Assembly (NCBI RefSeq): GCF_006345805.1
Contig: NC_043015.1
Location: 8,618,001-8,682,000 of the forward strand
Reading direction: 5' to 3'
Source of the DNA: Octopus sinensis
Taxonomy: Eukaryota
Length of the DNA stretch: 64,000 bases
The position numbers were made by a program, and so were the translations under genes. The notes under the pieces were generated by a model. It did no database searches and had not been told where the DNA came from. It saw only the letters and a program-made list of their open reading frames with translations. This document shows, in pieces, positions 55,931-64,000 of this stretch. Numbering within the stretch: the stretch's first letter is position 1; each line of letters opens with the position of its first letter.

Positions 55931-58511
55931 TTACTTAAATTTAAATTAGGCTAACAAAAATTTGCTGCCGGTACATTGAATCTTAAGCATATATCCATGA
56001 TTTTGCACACCTCTCTTTTCAGCGGAGAACACTTTCCTAAGACGTTAGAACATTGTAGGTGTCTTGTTTAGTTCTGTAGATTTGTACAGGAATAGCCAGA
56101 AAGCAATATTATATGGCGTGCTCTTTAAACCTCTAGATTTTTTCACTTCTTCAGCACTGTCGATAATATGCTTGGTTAAGAATATTCTTGAGTGTATATT
56201 TTCTTGGATTGAAAGCTTAGGATCGTATGTTTAAGAACACTACTCTTGTTCTCGAAGTAGATGATGATAGTTTATCACAAGATATATCCCTTTCCACATT
56301 AATTCCTACAGGAGTCACATAATTGACTACGTTTGGTGTCACTCTGTAGGCACCTAGGATTTTACGTTTCTAATCCTCCGCATATCCAATTCCATGAAAA
56401 AACATCCCGATCTTTCATGTGCTCTACGCACGTATGCAACACACTACAGTTTATCTGGTCATATCATATCTGATTTGTGGATGGTTGTGATGCAAAAATT
56501 GTGCTGAGAATGTGATCATGGATTTGGCTCTCATTTTGTGTGAAAGGCAACGAACCCTTTCACATCATATTTTTATCTGCAATTTTCAGTATCTGTTCAA
56601 CACTTGCAAATAATTTTTTCCAGTATATGGCCAAGTTGTCTCAACATGTGGAGTGACATTCACTGATCCGTGAAAAAATAAAAACAACAGATATTAGAAA
56701 TAATTCCTTTTAACTATCATAAATATAATGTGTGTATGCTTATACGATTATAAACTGCTACACCTCGAGTTAAATTAATACATGGACAATAACGATTTAT
56801 ACAGTTATTTCTAGATACCTATGTAAATATTGTGGCGTATTCTTTTACATTTAATTAAATTCTATATCTCTTTCCAACTTACTGTAACTTAAAAGATATT
56901 GCAGCCTTGAATATGTCTAATTTCACGCTTTTCGTTTGATAAATTCTCAATAGATTTCCCTTACATAGATCGATATAGAATTTTCCGATCGCTGCTTCAA
57001 AGTTTGTGTGAAATGTAATGAATATCTGTTTGAATAAATACAATCCTATGCTTGAATTCTTAGTGGTGTTTCTCAGAAATATATTTTCTATTATAATCAC
57101 ATGTGATTATCAGGTTACATATATCTCTATTGACTTTATATGCCTTTTGAGTATCTCTATATTATAACTATATGCATACGTTACCTTAAGTCATTTTGAT
57201 ACTAATATAAATGTATGAGAATTGACTCAAAATCTAACCAATATCTGTGTTGCAAGATTATAACACAGTATAATAAGTGGAAACTATTGAGAGTACTTGT
57301 AATTCCAGGCGAATTTAGCTAACACATTCATGTTGTTAGTAGGAGATTTAGTTAAATTTCTGTTCTACACCTCACTATAAATGGCGTATATGAGGATTTT
57401 ATATCAGCCGGCAGATATAAACAGCGATCGGCAACAAATTGTTCGATGAAATTTTAAACATGCGCTGCTTGGCTAGACCCAAAAGTACATGGTTCTTCTT
57501 TCTGATGAGACAACACGTCAAAAATAACGGTGTGCCAGGATGTTATGCAGCAGTAAGCTGAGTAAATTGAACGCATTATCTTCTTAATATAGACAATTTT
57601 TTGCACCTGACAGCGATTAGCAATTTTTGTGCCCGAACCTTCCTAGATGTATTCACGATAAATAAGCAAATATTTGTTTCACGTCGCATTGTATATGACA
57701 GAAACAAGGATATTAAATCCAAGATTAAATATTTGAAGTTAGAAATGAAGTTTTAAAAATGTTACCTAGTTTTACAAATCGTTATATGCACACGTCTTAA
57801 ATGCCTCGCTTTCGAATGTATCCGTTGACACAAAGCAGTACAAAATAATGTACCGACGTTTGACACCGGATTGAAGAAACAGTTTAATGATATCTCCTAC
57901 AAACTCTATCTCCATATAAACACGATGGTTAAAACTTTCGTATTAATCAAATAGTTTGAATTAAAAAATTAATCTCTAGCGATAAATATACCTACCAACT
58001 ATCTCTACACCTTTTGTGAAAAGGAAGCAAGAGAGAACAAATTTCTATACTAAGAACAAAATGACATACCCGAATAATAACCTCCACCTTCCAAACACAG
58101 AAAGGTGAAATACTCTAAATAATATCAACGAGTGGTAAAGAAATTTCAGGTCAACTACTCTATACCAATTGCATTATATTGTGAATCCATAAAGTTCACA
58201 TTGCAAACACTGAACATTGTCATCTCCTTTCTCAACACAAAAGATTAAATTCCAGAAAACTCAATTCTGAGCAATAGCTCAATTCCAAATTTAATAAATA
58301 TACACATTTTCCCGTAACAACTCACCATCACTACTTAGCCTGCAACCTAATTAAACCGAAGAAACGACTTATCTTAAGAAACAATGTATAATTTCAGGAT
58401 TAGCTCCAATAGCTGACCAAAATAGCAGAGTTTAAAGGTCATTGTGTTGTCGCTAAATTCGGTTTGAGATGGCGACAAAACACTACGATATATTGTAACA
58501 ATACTACATGC

Positions 58512-58644
<133 letters not shown>

Positions 58645-59870
58645 GACGGTGAACAGGTGTGGTCGCCGTTTGTGAGGCACGCTTTCCCGCAGCTCGTCTC
58701 CATGACCGAACTGCAGTCGTGGATCAAAAAGAGGCCGAGGAAGGGCGAATGGCACCGCGAGTGTCGCGTTGCTCTCAAGCAACTCTGCCGTCCTGGGTCG
58801 ACCTTAAGTGACTTCAACACAACCAAAGCATTCTATAGGGGTTTAGTGGAGGGGAGGTACGACGACGAGCTCGGGGCGAACCTGGACGTCGACGAGGAGT
58901 ACCTGACCCGCCTGTTCGGGACGACTTTCGGGCCAGGGCCCATGGACAACTTCCAGAGATCCTGGCCTGGCAGTGCTACCGAGAAGCGCTACCCGTTCGG
59001 GATAAGCTCTACAGACACGGCTCGAGAAACACGGGGCCGACCTGCCCGAGATGCGGTCAGAGCGACGAAACCGTTCTGCACGCACTCGTTCAGTGTCCAA
59101 CAATTTCCGACCTGTGGGCTTATGTCGAACAACTGCTGTCACGTGTGGGACGAGTCGGTTATCAGCTGAGTCTATCGTCAATATTGTCACGCCTCCTTCC
59201 TTCAAACGGGAAGGAAGAGCTATTTTCATCATCCTTGTGGCTATGGCGAAAGAATGTATCTGGTGGACGCGTCTGAAAGGATTGGAGACAAACACTTTCC
59301 TCTCTGGTCAATCTCTCATCAACTTCTTCAAGTACCACTTGAAAAGGAAAGTGAGAGTAGAGAGGCAAGTTTTGTCTAGCGAATGTTTTAAAAAAAGATG
59401 GGTGAATGTAGCAAGAATGGCACGTATGAATGACGAAGCCACCTTGAGCATAGTCCTATGAACCCAGAAATCGAAAACAGAGAGTTGCTTATTTGCAAAA
59501 AAAAAAAAAAAAAAAAGAAATATAAAATGTGACTTCATTGACCGAGGTTACCGTGGTCTTTTCCGCAGGCTTTTCTTTCCACGGGTAAACTTCACCTGTC
59601 CTCCCCTTTACACTTCATATTGACATTTCTGTGATAACGATCCCTATTGATCATTTTTTTTTTCCTCTCCCCCCCCCTTTTTTTTTCTTTTTTTTTTTTT
59701 TTAACCCCCCTTATTTTTGTCCTCTTTCTCTCCTTTTACGATCCCTTTTGATCGAACCTCCCCCTTCCTTTTTTTTTTTTTTTTTTTTTTTTTTAATACC
59801 TTCAAAAGAAAAGCTCTACCTTGTAATTTGTTCTATCTGTGTGCAGCCCTGTGTGGCTAATAAAGAAACA
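58645..59870 (+). mobile_element. L1/Tx1-clade LINE 3' end (zinc-knuckle region, stop at 59461, pyrimidine-rich 3' UTR, AATAAA), embedded in (ATCT)n
   Basis: Across frameshifts it reads LAWQCYREALPVRDKL..CPRCGQSDETVLHALVQC..WAYVE..MAKECIWWTR..KRWVNVARMA. Ends AATAAAGAAACA followed by (TATC)n. Confidence 0.85.
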
Positions 59871-60349
59871 TATCTATCTATCTATCTATCTATCTACATA
59901 TATATATATATATGTATATAATTATTTTAGGGAATATTATTCCTAAATTACAGGGAAAAATTCAATTGAGAAAAACTAAGTCAAATTTCACAAAATATAA
60001 TTTATATAAAAAAATTAGAAAAAAAAACCACATTTTATCAATTCAAAATGAACAATTATATTACACCATCTGGAAAATTACATATAATAGAAATATTAAA
60101 AATAAAATAACAATAATAAACCGATGCAAAATAATAATAATAACGTATATATTTGGTAGAATAACGGCACGTGTTCCGTGGCTATATTTAAGAAATGATT
60201 AATGTAAAAAATATCAATAGTAGTATTGAAATTACTTCGATATAAATATAGCCACTCATCAGGTTAAGAATAAAATAGAGTAATAAAATAATTAATTAAT
60301 AAATATACGTAAAAAATATTTTAAAATATATATATATACACACACACAA

Positions 60350-60380
<31 letters not shown>

Positions 60381-61059
60381 ACCGAATTAAATTTTCTCAC
60401 TTTCCGGGAATCGAAACCACAATGTTACTATCATGAGTACATCACAATAAGCATTAACGCAGGCCCCTTGACAGTTATGTAGAGCAATACATTTATTTTT
60501 TAATTCAAAGGAATTATATTGCTGCAATTCACATGAGCATTATGTTCTACCTTAGCATATGTAACAGACATATTGAGTTCGTTGTGTTGTTATTGAAAAA
60601 GTAAAATTTATAATCCCCTTTCGTAAACTTAAATATTGAAAGCAGCTGAAAATCATGGTGTACAAATCGCGAAAATATAACATAATATGCGTTACCATTA
60701 TACTGGGGTCTTTTTCTATTCAGTGTCTTTGTTAATTAGTTTTCATTTCTAAATTTTGGAGTAGATATACTGAACAGAAATACGTTACTGAACAGAAATT
60801 ATATTTTTGCTTTCACCAAGTTAAATACTTCTCAGATACGGATTATGACCAACGAAGAAGCATTTAGAATCCACATATTTTTAATTTTGTACGCTAATGC
60901 AGTTCACCAAATGCCAATCGGAAGGAAAAGCCAAAGGAATATTAAATCTGTTGTAAGATTTCTGGCGCCAGAGATCACAACGCACACATTCAAATGAGTA
61001 ACTGAAGAAAGGATGATGTGTATTAATAACTACTCATTCCTGTTGTGAGAATTAGTAGT

Positions 61060-61174
61060 AATGATGATGATGATGATGATGATGATGATTATATTAACAA
61101 CAGCAACAACAACAACAACAGCAACTGCAACAATAGCAATGGTGGTATTGAGAACAATGACAACACAATCAATG

Positions 61175-61244
<70 letters not shown>

Positions 61245-61249
61245 TAATA

Positions 61250-61287
<38 letters not shown>

Positions 61288-61349
61288 TAATAATAATAAT
61301 AATAATATAATAAGAAGAAGAAGAATAAGAATAAGAATAATGATAATAG

Positions 61350-61384
<35 letters not shown>

Positions 61385-61520
61385 TAAGAAGAAGAAGAAG
61401 AAGAAGAAGAAGAGAAGAAAGAAGAGAAGAAGAAGAATATGAATAATAATAATATAATAATAATAATAATAAGAAGAAGAAGAATAAGAATAAGAATAAT
61501 GATAATAGGAATAATAATAA

Positions 61521-61551
<31 letters not shown>

Positions 61552-61606
61552 AAGAAGAAGAAGAAGAAGAAAGAAGAGAAGAAGAAGAAGAAGAAGAAGA
61601 AGAGAG
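61060..61606. repeat. Compound trinucleotide microsatellite (GAT/AAC/AAT/AAG)
   Basis: Read directly. It is the source of the 204-aa low-complexity ORF. Confidence 0.95.
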
Positions 61607-62204
61607 ATGTCCAGCAGAATACAGAAGTTAAGAAAACATATCAATGTAATCTAAGACCTTAGGGGCAATTATCAAATAGCAAAACAGCATTTGACTGCCT
61701 TATATTGCCTTTGGAGTGATTTGGGATTTCTAAATGCTGATACAATTATTAGATTTGAAATGAATCCAGCATTTCAAAGCAGGTTTTGTTTCTTTGAAGC
61801 AAAGAACTGAATAGAAACAGCACTGCTATAGCTGAAGCTGAGAGGATTATAATGACACGACGAAAGGTGAAGAATGACAAAGTGATAAATGATGGAGAGT
61901 GTAGGAGAGAGAGGTAGATAACTCCACACCCACAGACACGAATTCATCTTAACTAAGATAGAGATAGGGATATTGAAAATGTCGACGAGAGAAAGGAATC
62001 AGAAACTGAATGACAAAATGGGTGTCGTAGAATGGTAGAGTATGTGTATGTTTTGTATTGTGATTGTAATCAATCCTGTGGTTTTCTTTAATACAATTAC
62101 ACAACTTGTACCCAGGGTGCATACGAGGCTGAGATTAAAGGCGAATGAACCGGTGAGTTATTATGCAGCTGATGGGGAGCTCGATGATATATTAGAGTTA
62201 CCAT

Positions 62205-62434
62205 GGCGGCGAGCTGGCAGAACCGTTAGCACGCCGGGCGAAATGCGTAGCAGTATTTCGTCTGCAGCTACGTTCTGAGTTCAAATTCCGCCGAGGTCGA
62301 CTTTGCCTTTCATCCTTTCGGGGTCGATAAATTAAGTACCAGTTACGTACTGGGGTCGATATAATCGACTTAATCCCTTTGTCTGTCCTTGTTTGTCTCC
62401 TCTATGTTTAACACCTTCTGGGTAATAAAGAAAC
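62205..62434 (+). mobile_element. Octopus-type tRNA-derived SINE, full length, with 15-bp TSD
   Basis: TSD ATATATTAGAGTTAC at 62187-62201 and 62435-62449. Tail GGGTAATAAAGAAAC. Confidence 0.9.
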
Positions 62435-62709
62435 ATATATTAGAGTTACTAGAACTGAAATACAGTGCTGTAAGGTATGTTTCTAAAATATTATAAACTC
62501 GTTTTCGATTTCATAAAAGCTCACATATAATACTTGCATGCATATATATATATATATATATATATGCTTCTGTGTGTGCGTGTGTGTGTGAGTGTGCGTG
62601 TGTATGTTTGTGTGTATGTGCATGCACGCGTATGTGTATGTTAGTGTGTATTTTCATTTATACGTATGTTTCTCTATGCACGGGAATGTATGTGTACCTT
62701 CCAATCTAC

Positions 62710-62741
<32 letters not shown>

Positions 62742-62772
62742 TATATATATATATATAATATATATAATATAT

Positions 62773-62832
<60 letters not shown>

Positions 62833-63015
62833 ATATATATAAATTGAGATAGGGGTTGTGAGTGTAACCCTCTATGGGATAACATATATCCAATATACTG
62901 CCAGTAAAGCACCCAGAAATGATAATACATAAATGCTAAGAATTGCAATGCAATTAATTCATCTATTGTATTATATGGGTGAAGGTAAAATGTTTTACCT
63001 CAAATTCATAATATA

Positions 63016-63181
63016 AAATAAGAAAATGGAGGAATATACTTTAATCAACCATCAACTACCAGATAATACCATTTCACATAATATATTAACCAACTATATA
63101 AGCACATGGTTAATAACTTATGTGAATTGGTATTATCTGGTAGTTGATGGTTGATTAAAGTATATCCTCCTTTTCTTATTT
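63016..63181. repeat. Fold-back inverted repeat (~76-bp arms, 14-nt spacer); insert runs ~62842-63181 between TA tracts
   Basis: 63016-63092 is the near reverse complement of 63107-63181. No hammerhead core was recognised. Confidence 0.85.
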
Positions 63182-63240
63182 GTATATATATATATATATA
63201 TATTATATATATTATATAATATATATATATATATATATAT

Positions 63241-63279
<39 letters not shown>

Positions 63280-63344
63280 TATATTTTACATATATGTCAC
63301 TCGTGGGTATTTTGTATATGTATGTGCATGTATATATATACATA

Positions 63345-63420
63345 TGATTTTGATTTTGATTTTCCAGTTCAGCTAATGAGCTGTGCCCATGCTGGGGCAC
63401 CGCCATGCTGGGGCACCGCC
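63345..63420 (-). mobile_element. Short LINE-like 3' tail fragment with a 16-bp duplication and (AAAATC)n tail
   Basis: Minus strand reads GGCGGTGCCCCAGCATG x2 - GGCACAGCTC..GCTGAACTGG-(AAAATC)n. Similar to 52476-52503 (+). Confidence 0.4.
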
Positions 63421-63424
63421 ATAT

Positions 63425-63475
<51 letters not shown>

Positions 63476-64000
63476 GATAAATACATATAAAAGAAATTAA
63501 ACAACAAGAATGGATTAGTTTTTCAGTACAATGCTTTCCTACGAAGAACAGCTTCATTAAAAGCTGCAAATATTGCAGCAAATACAAGTGGCCTGTATTC
63601 ATCAGCCAAAATACATATGAGTTTACCAAACATCCTAGGGAGTGAGGCTACACTCATGAAGTATCGAAGAGAGTTCTATAAAAAGCAAATTTAGATTGTA
63701 AGCAGTCTTCCAAAGTTCTCTGATGATGCACAGTTTCATAAAAGGTTTTAAAAAAGCTTGTTAGCTTCACAGAAAAGGTAAATCCATCCATAGTAACGTA
63801 GGTGTAATTTCCGTAGATATGAGGAGATATTTCATACTCAGAGACGATGAATTTATCCATAATAAAGTAGGTATAATTGCCTGATATATGAGGAGATGCC
63901 GATCACACTTCTGTTCATTTCACAAAACTACTATGTTGGAATCATAATGGCTTTTAGCTGTTCTTCGTATGAAATTGTACAGAAAAACTAATCTATTCTT

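Noticed and set aside
57495-57535. CTGATGA-GAC..GTC-AAAAA hammerhead-like string
   Set aside because: It lacks GAAA and stem I.

Overview
AT-rich, microsatellite-dense eukaryotic DNA, probably from an octopus (inferred from the SINE and repeat types). No host protein-coding gene, rRNA, tRNA or CRISPR array is supportable. Almost all listed ORFs are microsatellite read-throughs or antisense frames of transposons. Recognisable elements are: a cluster of 5'-truncated R4/Dong-clade LINEs sitting in (TAA)n (8.6-15.7 kb); a mariner relic with TIRs and a second Tc1/mariner relic; a Penelope RT relic; a Helentron-type non-autonomous element; a young CR1-clade LINE; two L1/Tx1-clade LINE 3' ends; and several tRNA-derived SINEs. 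The main signal is a set of non-coding inserts from about ten mutually dissimilar sequence families that carry minimal type I hammerhead ribozyme (HHR) motifs with palindromic stem-III loops. Two of them are large tandem arrays with one HHR per unit (~552-bp units at 19758-24992; ~491-bp units at 49203-51660). Most inserts share one architecture: (TA)n - antisense arm - fold-back junction - sense arm - (TA)n. Several central junctions map within a few to ~20 nt of the predicted self-cleavage site. This looks like a retrozyme/Penelope-pLTR-like system of self-cleaving, possibly circular RNAs integrated by two-sided priming at TA repeats. The structures were read by eye and the mechanism is inference.
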